Assembly (NCBI GenBank): GCA_900768795.1
Contig: CAAGEH010000005.1
Location: 9,123-73,122, forward strand
DNA: 64,000 nt
Reading direction: 5' to 3'
Origin: an uncultured Collinsella sp.
Lineage (GTDB): Bacteria > Actinomycetota > Coriobacteriia > Coriobacteriales > Coriobacteriaceae
Shown: positions 39,506 to 48,578 of the stretch, one piece after another
Layout: each line of letters opens with the position of its first letter
Position numbering within the stretch: position 1 is the stretch's first letter
Notes under the pieces: model-generated
Told to the model about the DNA's origin: nothing
The model's input: only the letters and a program-made list of their open reading frames with translations
Databases searched by the model: none
Program-made: the position numbers and the translations under genes

Positions 39506-40294
39506 ATGCCCCAAACCAAGAAAAGCGGCAAGGCCGCGTGGGACAAGGAGAAGACGCACGAGCTTTTCAGGCGATACAAAGAAGATGGGGATCTTGACGC
39601 GCGCGAGAAGCTCGTCATGTCCCATATGAATCTCGTTCGTTTTTTGGCCAACAAATTCAAGAACAGGGGGGAGCCGCTCGATGACCTCATTCAGGTAGGC
39701 TACCTCGGTTTGCTTAAGGCTATCGATCGATTTGATCCCTCGCGCGGTCTCGAGTTCACGACGTTCGCCACGCCTACGATTCTCGGCGAGATCAAGCGTC
39801 ACTTTAGGGACAAGGGCTGGAGCGTTCGCGTCCCGCGCCGTCTTCAGGAGCTTTCTGCCAAGGTCAACCAGGCTACAGATGTCCTGACCAAAGAACTGCA
39901 GCGTTCGCCTAAGGTTGAGGAGATCGCCGAATATCTCGACGCGTCCGTCGACGATGTCCTCGAGGCCATGGAGTCCTCGAGTGCATACAGTTCCGTCCCG
40001 CTCGAGAGCCCGGGTAATTCCGATACAGACGATGCTCCCTCGATTATCGATCGCTACGCAACCGAGGACAACGTGCTCAATTTCACCGATGACCGTTTGC
40101 TTATCGAGGAGGCTCTTAAGGGGTTCTCTCCTCGCGAGCGCGAGGTTATCGAACTGCGTTTCGTCCGCGGTATGACTCAGGTTGAGATTGCCAAGCGGCT
40201 CGGCATCTCGCAGGTTCAGGTTTCGAGGCTGCTGAGAAGAACGCTTAAAAAGATTCAGGATAAGATCGATCCCGAGGGGGTCATGTCCAAGTGA
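39506..40294 (+). CDS. SigB/SigF/SigG-family alternative sigma factor
   Basis: DDLIQVGYLGLLKAIDRFD, FTTFATPTILGEIKRHFRDK, VPRRLQE and MTQVEIAKRLGISQVQVSR. Confidence 0.93.
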   Translation: MPQTKKSGKAAWDKEKTHELFRRYKEDGDLDAREKLVMSHMNLVRFLANKFKNRGEPLDDLIQVGYLGLLKAIDRFDPSRGLEFTTFATPTILGEIKRHFRDKGWSVRVPRRLQELSAKVNQATDVLTKELQRSPKVEEIAEYLDASVDDVLEAMESSSAYSSVPLESPGNSDTDDAPSIIDRYATEDNVLNFTDDRLLIEEALKGFSPREREVIELRFVRGMTQVEIAKRLGISQVQVSRLLRRTLKKIQDKIDPEGVMSK

Positions 40295-41739
40295 CGCCCG
40301 CTGCTTCCAAGGCTTCCAAATCGTATCGGGATACAAAACTGTTGGCACTGCGCGTTTGGATCGTCGTCGGCGCGATTATCATCGCGACGGCACTGCTTAA
40401 CGTCTTCGGGGTCCTTGCTCCTGTCGTCGAGTTCCTCGCTGTCGGCTCGTTGATCGCGTTTGTGGAGTCCCCGATCGTCAACCAGCTCGAGCGCCACGGC
40501 GTTCCGCGTGGTCTGGGGGCCTTTGTCGGCCTGCTGATCGTCGTTGCGACCATCGTTTGCCTGTTCATCGCCTTTATGCCCATGCTGTTCAATCAGACGC
40601 TCGAGATTCTGTCCAAGCTGCCTCCCCAGATGCGCACGGCGAGTGTCGCTATCGGGGATATGCTGTCGCGATTCAAGTCATTGAGGTCCCTTCCCGGCGG
40701 CGAAAGCGTCGATTCGCTCCTGGCTTCGGCGACTACCATGGCCACAAAGTATGTGACGCAGATGGCGACGGAGCTCGGCCGCGGCGTCTTCCCATTTATC
40801 TCCGCGGTCGCCTCCCAGCTGTTCGTTATCTTTTTGGGTCTCGTGCTTGCCTATTGGCTTGCATGCGACTACCCGCGCATGCATCGTGAGATGTGCTGTA
40901 TCTTGGGTGAGGAAAAAGAGACGAGCTATCAGTTTATGATCGCCATTCTGTCTCGTTCCATCGGCGGCTACATGCGCGGCATGGTCGTCACTTCCGTTGT
41001 CGGCGGCTTTCTCGCGTTTATCGGTTTTGCGCTCATCGGGCATCCTTACGCGGGGCTCATGGGCACGCTTACAGGATTTTTGCATCTTATTCCCGTTGTT
41101 GGCCCATGGATTTCCGCGGCCATCGCTACCGTCCTCGGGTTCATATACGATCCGTTTCTGGGTCTATGGACGCTTATCGTGACCATGGTCGCCCAGAACA
41201 TCACCGATAACGTTATCTCACCGAAGGTCATGCAGAGCACCGTTCAGGTGCATCCCGCCATGAGCCTTACGGCGCTCGTTATCGGTTCCGCGCTCATGGG
41301 TCCTATCGGCATGGTCATCGCCATCCCTCTTTCGGCGGCTCTTAAGGGCCTGTTCATTTTCTATTTCGAGAAGGACACCAAGCGTCAGCTCGTTTCCTAT
41401 GAGGGGGCAATTTTCAAGGGCACGCCGTTCCATGATTTCGAAGGCGATCCCGTCGCCGCCTACGATGCTTTGGGCGACGACACGTTTATCGCGGATTCCG
41501 AGCTGATTTCCAATGAGGCCGCTCCGCATGCTGAGGCCATGCCCAAGCCGGAGCTCGATAATCCTTGGCTGAAGATGGCGGGTATTCAACCCCCCGATGC
41601 CTCGGGTATCTTTAAGAGCCCGTTTTTCAGTGACCGTACGTCCAATGCGAATGCGAACCGCGAGGTCACCGCATCACGCGTGAACGACACTTCTTCGAAA
41701 CAGAATTATTCCGACCCCGGTTCTCGTGACGAGAATTAA
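40291..41739 (+). CDS. AI-2E/PerM family transporter with C-terminal soluble extension
   Basis: Multiple TM helices, IPVVGP, NVISPKVM, VHP and GMVIAIP motifs; GTGA overlap with the sigma gene. Confidence 0.85.
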   Translation: MTPAASKASKSYRDTKLLALRVWIVVGAIIIATALLNVFGVLAPVVEFLAVGSLIAFVESPIVNQLERHGVPRGLGAFVGLLIVVATIVCLFIAFMPMLFNQTLEILSKLPPQMRTASVAIGDMLSRFKSLRSLPGGESVDSLLASATTMATKYVTQMATELGRGVFPFISAVASQLFVIFLGLVLAYWLACDYPRMHREMCCILGEEKETSYQFMIAILSRSIGGYMRGMVVTSVVGGFLAFIGFALIGHPYAGLMGTLTGFLHLIPVVGPWISAAIATVLGFIYDPFLGLWTLIVTMVAQNITDNVISPKVMQSTVQVHPAMSLTALVIGSALMGPIGMVIAIPLSAALKGLFIFYFEKDTKRQLVSYEGAIFKGTPFHDFEGDPVAAYDALGDDTFIADSELISNEAAPHAEAMPKPELDNPWLKMAGIQPPDASGIFKSPFFSDRTSNANANREVTASRVNDTSSKQNYSDPGSRDEN

Positions 41740-41895
41740 GACAACATCGATTAGCTGCAGAATTTCCTTGTCACCTCTATATTTAATAATTTTTGGCTAA
41801 CGTGTATCGGGATTCTTCGTGCCCGAGCCCGCCTTTTGCGCTTGGATGCTAGAATTAATCCGTTTGAACCTACCTGATATGAGGAGTCCTTTCAG

Positions 41896-44553
41896 ATGGC
41901 ATCTGATTTTCCGACTATGACGACCTCCGAGATTCGCTCGAAGTTCCTTCAGTTCTTCGAGGAGCGCGGTCTTAAGCTCTATCCTTCCTCGAGCCTCGTG
42001 CCCGACGATCCCTCGCTGCTTCTCGCCAACGCTGGTATGAACCAGTTCAAGGAGTATTACCAGGGCAAGAAGACCATGAAGGAAATCGGTGCCTGCTCCT
42101 GCCAGAAGTGCGTTCGTACGAACGATATCGACGTTATCGGTGAGGACGGTCGCCATCTCTCGTTCTTTGAGATGCTCGGCGATTTCTCGTTCGGCGGCGT
42201 TTCCAAGCAGCAGGCTTGCGCGTGGGCGTTCGAGTTGATCACCGATGTCTTCAAACTTCCGCTCGACCGTCTCTATTTCACCGTTTTCACCGATGATGAC
42301 GAGACGTACGATATCTGGCGCTCGCTCGGTGTCGCCGAGGATCACATCTCCCGCTTGGGCGAGGACGATAACTTCTGGGCAGCCGGCCCCACCGGTCCGT
42401 GCGGTCCGTGTTCCGAGATTTACTTTGACCAAGGCGAAGAGGTCGGCTGCGGTAGCCCCGACTGCGCTCCCGGTTGCGATTGCGATCGTTTCCTCGAGTT
42501 CTGGAACCTTGTTTTCACCCAGTTCGATCGCCAAGAGGACGGGTCGATGCCCGAACTGCCGCATCGTAACCTCGATACCGGAATGGGCCTCGAGCGCATG
42601 GCTGCCATCATGCAGCACAAGAGCGCCAACTACGATGGCGACATCATGCAGGGTCTCATCGCGCTCGGCGAGAAGATCAGCGGCAAGACCTATGACCCGG
42701 AGAGCTACGAGGGGGCCAGCCGCAGCTTGCGCATCATCGCGGATCACTCGCGTGCCGTCGACTTCATGATTTCCGATGGCGTCCTTCCCGGTAACGAGGG
42801 GCGTGAATACGTCCTTCGCCGCCTTCTCCGCCGCGCCGTGTTCCATGGTCGTCTACTCGGTATCGAGGGGGCCTTCCTCAACACATTCATCGACGAAGTC
42901 AACCGCATCATGGGCGACGCGTATCCCGAGCTGCTCAAGAACGTTGCCCTTGTCAAGGGCATCGTTGCCGCCGAGGAGGAGCGCTTCTCCACAACGCTCG
43001 ATAACGGCCGCACGTATCTCGACGAGGCCATCGATGCGCTCGACAAGGATGAGACGCTCTCCGGCGAGGTCGCCTTCAAACTGCACGATACGTTTGGTTT
43101 CCCCATCGATCTTACCGTCGAGATCGCCAAGGCTGCAGGCCATGCTGTCGATATGGATGGTTTCGACTCCTGCATGACCGCTCAGAAGGACCGCGCGCGC
43201 GCCGCTGCAAAGGGCGATGCCTGGGGTTCCTTCAACGATGTGTGGGTCGAGCTCTCCGATAAGGTTCCCGCCACGAAGTTCGATGGATACGACCGTGACC
43301 AGATCGAGGGTTCCATGGTTCTCGCTATCGTGAACGATGGGTGCGCCGTCGAATCCGCCGCTGCGGGTTCCACGGTCGATGTCGTTCTCGATGTCACGCC
43401 TTTCTATGCTGAGATGGGCGGTCAGCAAGGCGATGCTGGCGAGCTTGTTGCCCCGGGAGCTACCGTGAGCGTTAGCGACACCAAGAGCCACAACGGTCTG
43501 TATGCGCATGTTGCGACCGTTTCCGAGGGCGAGCTGCATGTCGGCGATACCGTTTGCGCTTCCATCGACGCGCACCGCCGCGCCCTGCTTCGTCGCAACC
43601 ATACGGCGACCCATTTGCTCGATGCCGCCCTCAAGCAGGTTCTGGGAGATCATGTGCAGCAAGCGGGTTCCCTCGTTGCTCCGGAGCACCTGCGTTTCGA
43701 CTTTACGCACTTTGAGGCTCTGGGCGCCGACCAGCTTAAGGCTGTTGAGGACATCGTCAATGACGAGATCTTCGCTGGCGAACCCGTTATCACGCGTGAG
43801 ATGAATCTCGAGGAGGCCAAGGCCTCCGGTGCTGTCGCACTGTTCGGAGAGAAGTACGGCGATGTCGTCCGTGTCGTTTCGGCCGGCGAAGGGGACGCCC
43901 CCTTCTCCCGTGAGCTCTGCGGTGGTACGCATGCTTCCAATACCTGTGAACTCGGTGTTTTCAAGATCGTTAACGAGTCCTCCACGGGATCCAATGTCCG
44001 TCGTATCGAAGCGGTCACATCCGAGGGTGCGTTCGCTTACATGACGAGCCGCATGGCGCTCGCCGATGCCGCGGCCGCATCGCTCAAGTGCAGCGTCGAT
44101 GAGGTTCCCGCGCGTATTTCTGCGCTTCAGACGGAGCTTCGAGAGACCTCGGCAAAGCTTAAGAAGGCTTTGACCGGCGGCTCTTCCGACGCGATCAGCT
44201 CTGCTATCGATAACGCCATCGATGTGGAGGGCTACAAGCTCGTTGTTGCCGAGCTCAAGGGACTTGAGGCTGCCGACCTTCGCAACGTTTGGGACACCAT
44301 CCACGCCAAGCTCGGTGCGGCATCCGCTTGCGTTCTTGCCACGGTTACCGAGAAAGGTACCCCGTCGTTGATCGCCGCAGCCGGTGACGATGCCGTTTCT
44401 GCAGGATTCCATGCTGGAAACCTCATCAAGAAGATTTCCTCAGCAGTAGACGGAAGGGGCGGCGGACGCCCCAATATGGCACAGGCGGGTGGCAAGAATG
44501 CTGCCGGCATCAAAGATGCTCTCGAACTCGCAAAAACCGAGCTCGGCGCTTAA
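41896..44553 (+). CDS. alaS: Alanine--tRNA ligase
   Basis: NAGMNQFK, GPCGPCSEI, DTGMGLER, editing HTATH/ELCGGTH and C-terminal GRGGGRP motifs. Confidence 0.97.
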   Translation: MASDFPTMTTSEIRSKFLQFFEERGLKLYPSSSLVPDDPSLLLANAGMNQFKEYYQGKKTMKEIGACSCQKCVRTNDIDVIGEDGRHLSFFEMLGDFSFGGVSKQQACAWAFELITDVFKLPLDRLYFTVFTDDDETYDIWRSLGVAEDHISRLGEDDNFWAAGPTGPCGPCSEIYFDQGEEVGCGSPDCAPGCDCDRFLEFWNLVFTQFDRQEDGSMPELPHRNLDTGMGLERMAAIMQHKSANYDGDIMQGLIALGEKISGKTYDPESYEGASRSLRIIADHSRAVDFMISDGVLPGNEGREYVLRRLLRRAVFHGRLLGIEGAFLNTFIDEVNRIMGDAYPELLKNVALVKGIVAAEEERFSTTLDNGRTYLDEAIDALDKDETLSGEVAFKLHDTFGFPIDLTVEIAKAAGHAVDMDGFDSCMTAQKDRARAAAKGDAWGSFNDVWVELSDKVPATKFDGYDRDQIEGSMVLAIVNDGCAVESAAAGSTVDVVLDVTPFYAEMGGQQGDAGELVAPGATVSVSDTKSHNGLYAHVATVSEGELHVGDTVCASIDAHRRALLRRNHTATHLLDAALKQVLGDHVQQAGSLVAPEHLRFDFTHFEALGADQLKAVEDIVNDEIFAGEPVITREMNLEEAKASGAVALFGEKYGDVVRVVSAGEGDAPFSRELCGGTHASNTCELGVFKIVNESSTGSNVRRIEAVTSEGAFAYMTSRMALADAAAASLKCSVDEVPARISALQTELRETSAKLKKALTGGSSDAISSAIDNAIDVEGYKLVVAELKGLEAADLRNVWDTIHAKLGAASACVLATVTEKGTPSLIAAAGDDAVSAGFHAGNLIKKISSAVDGRGGGRPNMAQAGGKNAAGIKDALELAKTELGA

Positions 44554-44561
44554 GGTCGCAT

Positions 44562-44990
44562 ATGGTCGCGCTTGCTCTTGACATAGGTGAGAAACGAATC
44601 GGGATCGCTGTTTCCGACCGTTCCGGTAGCGTCGCTACTCCCGTCAAAGTCCTTCCCGCTCAAGAGGTCATAGGGCTTGCGCGGTCCTTTCGTTATATCC
44701 TTGAAGACTATGAACCCGATATTCTGGTTTCCGGCCGCCCGATGACCATGTCGGGCGAAGCCGGTCCTCAGGCAAAGCGGGTCGAGGCGGTAGCGGAAAA
44801 GCTCGCTCGGGACCTCAATCTTCCGCTTTTTTTCGAGGACGAGCGCTTGAGTTCATCGGAGGCTAAGCGAATTCTTCGCGAGCAGGGTATGTCGGAAAAG
44901 CAGATGCGCGGCAAGGTCGATATGATCGCTGCGTCTTTGTTTCTTCAGGCATGGTTGGATAGGAATCAATCGGGGAGACAGCATGGCTAA
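44562..44990 (+). CDS. ruvX: YqgF/RuvX nuclease
   Basis: LALDIGEKRIGIAVSD, DERLSS and VDMIAA motifs; after alaS. Confidence 0.92.
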   Translation: MVALALDIGEKRIGIAVSDRSGSVATPVKVLPAQEVIGLARSFRYILEDYEPDILVSGRPMTMSGEAGPQAKRVEAVAEKLARDLNLPLFFEDERLSSSEAKRILREQGMSEKQMRGKVDMIAASLFLQAWLDRNQSGRQHG

Positions 44991-46353
44991 CGCTCATCAG
45001 GACCGAAATGCCGCTGGCCGTGCGGCTAAGCAGGCCGGTACTCGCTTTAAGACGTCTTCACCGCGTCCTGCCTCTCATATGGCTCATCGAGCCGATGACT
45101 TTTCAGTTCGGCCGGCAGCCTTTTCGAGTCGGTCGTCTCGCGGCAATCGTGCCGCTTCCAGTTCCCGTGCGCAAAGGCCTGTGCGCCCCGCACCCTCTTC
45201 ATCGTACGGTCGAGCCGCAACTGCTTCGGGTCGACGTGGACGGGGTTCATCCGATCGCGGCGTCTCGCGCTCTTCCTATACTCGCGCGGGCTCTCGAAGG
45301 ACCGTTTCGAAGTCTAGAAAATCCGTTCTCGTTCCCGCGCTCATCGCGATCGTCGCCATCCTTTTGGCCAGCTTCGTCGTTTTCCGCGTCATCGTCCCCG
45401 TTTTCTCTCCAGGTAAGACTTCGACCGTTGCCGCAGGTAAACAGGTTACGATAGACATTCCCGAGGGAAGCTCCGGTGATGCCATCGCTTCGATTCTTTC
45501 CAAAAATCATGTGATCGAAGATCCCAAGGACTATTATGCCGCCGTGAAGAAACTCCAGGCGGATTCCGCGCTGCAGCCGGGAACGTATTCGTTTACCACC
45601 CTGCAAGATCCCATGAGCGTCGTCGAGCAGCTTATGAAGGGCTCCAACGTCGCCGGACATAAGCTCGTCGTTCCTGAGGGGTATACCGTGGACCAGCTGG
45701 CTTCCCTCGTCAACAAAACGTTCGGAATCTCCGTCGACGACTTCAAAGCTCAAGCCAAAGTCTCAAATTATGAGAACGACTATCCGTTCCTGAAGGGTGC
45801 CTATAACGACTCTCTCGAGGGTTATCTCTATCCCAAGACCTATTTGTTTACGGACGGTAAGCCCACTTCAGATTCGATTATTCGCAAGATGCTCGATCAG
45901 TTTAGGTCGGAGACCAAGAAGCTCGATCTCGAAAAAGGGGCTAACGGTCTTTCGGAACATCAGCTCATTTCCATGGCATCTCTTATCGAACGCGAATCCG
46001 CCGTTCTCGATGAGCGCCCCAAGATTGCAAGCGTTATGTACAACCGTCTGAATAAGGATATGCCGTTGCAGATCGATGCGGCGATAGTCTACGCACGCGG
46101 CGGAGGCAGCAAGAAGGTGTCTTATGACGACCTTAAGATCGATTCGCCATATAACACGTATGCAAACAAGGGATTGACACCCGGTCCGATCTGCAGCCCC
46201 AGCCTGTCGTCAATCAAAGCCGCGGTTAACCCTGCACACACCGATTACCTGTACTACGTCGTTTCCTCCTCCAAGGACGGATCGCACAAGTTCAGCAATA
46301 ATTACGAGCAGTTCCAGAAGGACTGCAATGAGTATTCGGGATCGAAGCAATGA
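44983..46353 (+). CDS. mltG: Endolytic transglycosylase MltG
   Basis: Single TM, LEGYLYPKTY, ASLIERE, NRL...LQID and SPYNTY...GLTPGPI motifs. Confidence 0.93.
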   Translation: MANAHQDRNAAGRAAKQAGTRFKTSSPRPASHMAHRADDFSVRPAAFSSRSSRGNRAASSSRAQRPVRPAPSSSYGRAATASGRRGRGSSDRGVSRSSYTRAGSRRTVSKSRKSVLVPALIAIVAILLASFVVFRVIVPVFSPGKTSTVAAGKQVTIDIPEGSSGDAIASILSKNHVIEDPKDYYAAVKKLQADSALQPGTYSFTTLQDPMSVVEQLMKGSNVAGHKLVVPEGYTVDQLASLVNKTFGISVDDFKAQAKVSNYENDYPFLKGAYNDSLEGYLYPKTYLFTDGKPTSDSIIRKMLDQFRSETKKLDLEKGANGLSEHQLISMASLIERESAVLDERPKIASVMYNRLNKDMPLQIDAAIVYARGGGSKKVSYDDLKIDSPYNTYANKGLTPGPICSPSLSSIKAAVNPAHTDYLYYVVSSSKDGSHKFSNNYEQFQKDCNEYSGSKQ

Positions 46354-46850
46354 GCAAGTTTTCACCCAAGCGCTACGTTTCGCGCGTCGAATCAATCGAT
46401 CTCGAAGAGCTTTGGAATTCCGGCAAACGCATGATCATGCTCGACCGCGACAACACGCTCGTCCCACGCGATCGTACGGCCGCTCCCGAGTCCGTCGCCC
46501 TCTGGCTCGAGCGCGCTCGGCAAATCGGCTTCGATCTATATATCGTTTCCAATAACTGGCATCAAGACCAGGTCGAGCGTTCGGCTCGTGAACTCGGAAT
46601 CGAGCACAAAATCTGTTTTGCATGCAAGCCCTTGCCCTTTGCGCTCCATCATGCGATCAAAGCGGTCGGGTCTCGTCCCGAGGATGCCGTACTTATCGGG
46701 GACCAGCTCTACACCGATGTCTGGTCAGCCAACTTTGCCGGCGTCGATTCGATTCTCGTAAAGCCGCAGACACATGTCGACCTATGGTACACCCGTATCT
46801 TTAGGATATTTGAACGGGCAGCCCTCAAAGACCTTCCGTGTGAGGACTGA
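46350..46850 (+). CDS. YqeG-family HAD IIIA phosphatase
   Basis: DRDNTL, VSNN, KP and IGDQLYTD motifs. Confidence 0.9.
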   Translation: MSKFSPKRYVSRVESIDLEELWNSGKRMIMLDRDNTLVPRDRTAAPESVALWLERARQIGFDLYIVSNNWHQDQVERSARELGIEHKICFACKPLPFALHHAIKAVGSRPEDAVLIGDQLYTDVWSANFAGVDSILVKPQTHVDLWYTRIFRIFERAALKDLPCED

Positions 46851-46857
46851 GCATTTC

Positions 46858-47391
46858 ATGGACGACTGTGTTAAGCGAGGTTGCGACCACATCTTCTTTA
46901 TTGGTTTTCTTGGTGCGGGTAAATCTACCCTTGCAAAAAACTTGGGGCGGATGTTCCATCGTCCTTTTGTCGATACCGACCGTATCGTAGAGCGTAGGGT
47001 GGGGAAATCCGTTACCGAGATTTTCGCTACGGAGGGTGAGCCGTCGTTCCGCCGGTACGAGACGCGTGCCTTGCGTGGTCTTGCCGAGGAGCGCAGCCTG
47101 CTCGTGTCGTGCGGCGGGGGAGTCGTCGAGACCCCCGAGAACATCGAACTTATGCATAAGATGGGCTATTGCGTCTATCTTTCGGGCGATCTGGACGACT
47201 CGTTGCGGCAGATTCGGCGCTCGGACACGCGCCCTGATTTCAAATCGCCCAAGCATGCCGCTGATCTCCTTGTGCACCGCAGGCCGCTTTACGAGCGTGC
47301 GGCTGATTTCACCATCGACATCCGAGGCAAGAGCTTCAAGGATGTCAGCTATGAATGCGCAGATATGCTATTGGAGCGTGGACTCTTATGA
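46858..47391 (+). CDS. aroK: Shikimate kinase
   Basis: GFLGAGKST, DTD, GEPSFR, GGG, RP and RRPLY motifs. Confidence 0.88.
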   Translation: MDDCVKRGCDHIFFIGFLGAGKSTLAKNLGRMFHRPFVDTDRIVERRVGKSVTEIFATEGEPSFRRYETRALRGLAEERSLLVSCGGGVVETPENIELMHKMGYCVYLSGDLDDSLRQIRRSDTRPDFKSPKHAADLLVHRRPLYERAADFTIDIRGKSFKDVSYECADMLLERGLL

Positions 47392-48500
47392 ATATAAGGC
47401 GACAACTCATCAATCTGTCTGATACCTGCATTGATTTTCGCCTGGGTTTCGGTGCGATGGACCAGCTGCCCGGTCTGCTTAAGAGCGTGGTCGCGCTCCC
47501 CAAGCGTGCTCTTCTCGTTTCGGATAAGCCCTCCTTTCGACGCTTCGGCGATATCGTGGAGCGCTCTCTGATCGATGCAGGGTTCGCTATCGAGCCGGTG
47601 CTCGTCGAAGAGGCCTCCGGCTCGTATTCCCTTGAGGATGCTGCGGCTGTTTTTCGCGGCGCTCAGCATGCCGCGCTCACTTCCGATGATCTCATCGTCG
47701 CACTCGGCGATGCGGACGTGTGCGGGCTTGTTTCTTGGTGTGCCAAAAGCTGGCAAGGCGGCGTCTCATCCGCGCTCATCCCCCTGACGCTTGATGCCAT
47801 GGTCTGCTCGGCTACGGGGATGAAACCTATCTCAGCAGCTGCCGGCGAGCTGCCCTCTCTGTCTCTTTTCCCTGAACCGGATCTTGTCGTATGCGACCTG
47901 TCGTTTGCGGCGGCTGCTGAGCCGGAATCCCTCAAGCTCGGTTACGTCGAGGGGTTGCTTTCCGCCTTCGTCGATTCCCGTAGCCGCTGGGATGACTTCG
48001 GCAGAATCATTCCCGAGCTTATCGATGGTGATGAGATTTCCCTTATCGATTGCGTCGGGTGGGCTCAGGGAAGCCGTCGCGATGTCGTGTGCGCTGCTAA
48101 TATCGGCGCACAGAGCGCATTGGATTTCGGCTGCGTGAGCGCCCGCGCACTTGCAAGCTGTCTGGGGCATTCGTATCCAGCCTATCAGCTTCGAGCGGAG
48201 GGCATGAGGTTCGAGGCGCGTCTCGCCCATGAGATTTGCGATTTCGATCTTGATGATGTTTTCGAGCTCGATGACCGCTTCGACGACCTGGGCATCGATG
48301 AGGCCGGCTTCACCCTGGACGTTCAAACGTTCGTTTCCGCCTTGCATAAGGAGCGCTTCTGCACGTCCAACCGCTTCCTTTTCGCTCTTCCGCAGGCAAT
48401 CGGAACGGTCCGTCTGACATCTGTCGACGACGACGTCCTCATGAGACATGCCGAGGCGTATCTGTCCTCTCGCGCCGATATCGCGCGGTCAGCTTGTTGA
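47388..48500 (+). CDS. 3-dehydroquinate synthase-fold protein with degenerate catalytic motifs
   Basis: Colinear with AroB (DLIVALG, IPLTLDAMV, PDLVVCD) and in the aroK-aroB position, but NAD and metal motifs are altered; ORF uninterrupted. Confidence 0.7.
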   Translation: MNIRRQLINLSDTCIDFRLGFGAMDQLPGLLKSVVALPKRALLVSDKPSFRRFGDIVERSLIDAGFAIEPVLVEEASGSYSLEDAAAVFRGAQHAALTSDDLIVALGDADVCGLVSWCAKSWQGGVSSALIPLTLDAMVCSATGMKPISAAAGELPSLSLFPEPDLVVCDLSFAAAAEPESLKLGYVEGLLSAFVDSRSRWDDFGRIIPELIDGDEISLIDCVGWAQGSRRDVVCAANIGAQSALDFGCVSARALASCLGHSYPAYQLRAEGMRFEARLAHEICDFDLDDVFELDDRFDDLGIDEAGFTLDVQTFVSALHKERFCTSNRFLFALPQAIGTVRLTSVDDDVLMRHAEAYLSSRADIARSAC

Positions 48501-48578
48501 CATTTGCTTGACGGCTCTTTGCCGTATCGATTATCTCATCTCGTTTATTATCTGTTTCTCCCATGGAAAGGAATTGTT

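Noticed and set aside
41740..41895. Possible T-box upstream of alaS
   Set aside because: Too short, and it lacks the T-box bulge, specifier stem and terminator.
42853..44412. 519-aa minus-strand ORF inside alaS
   Set aside because: Antisense shadow of a highly biased gene.
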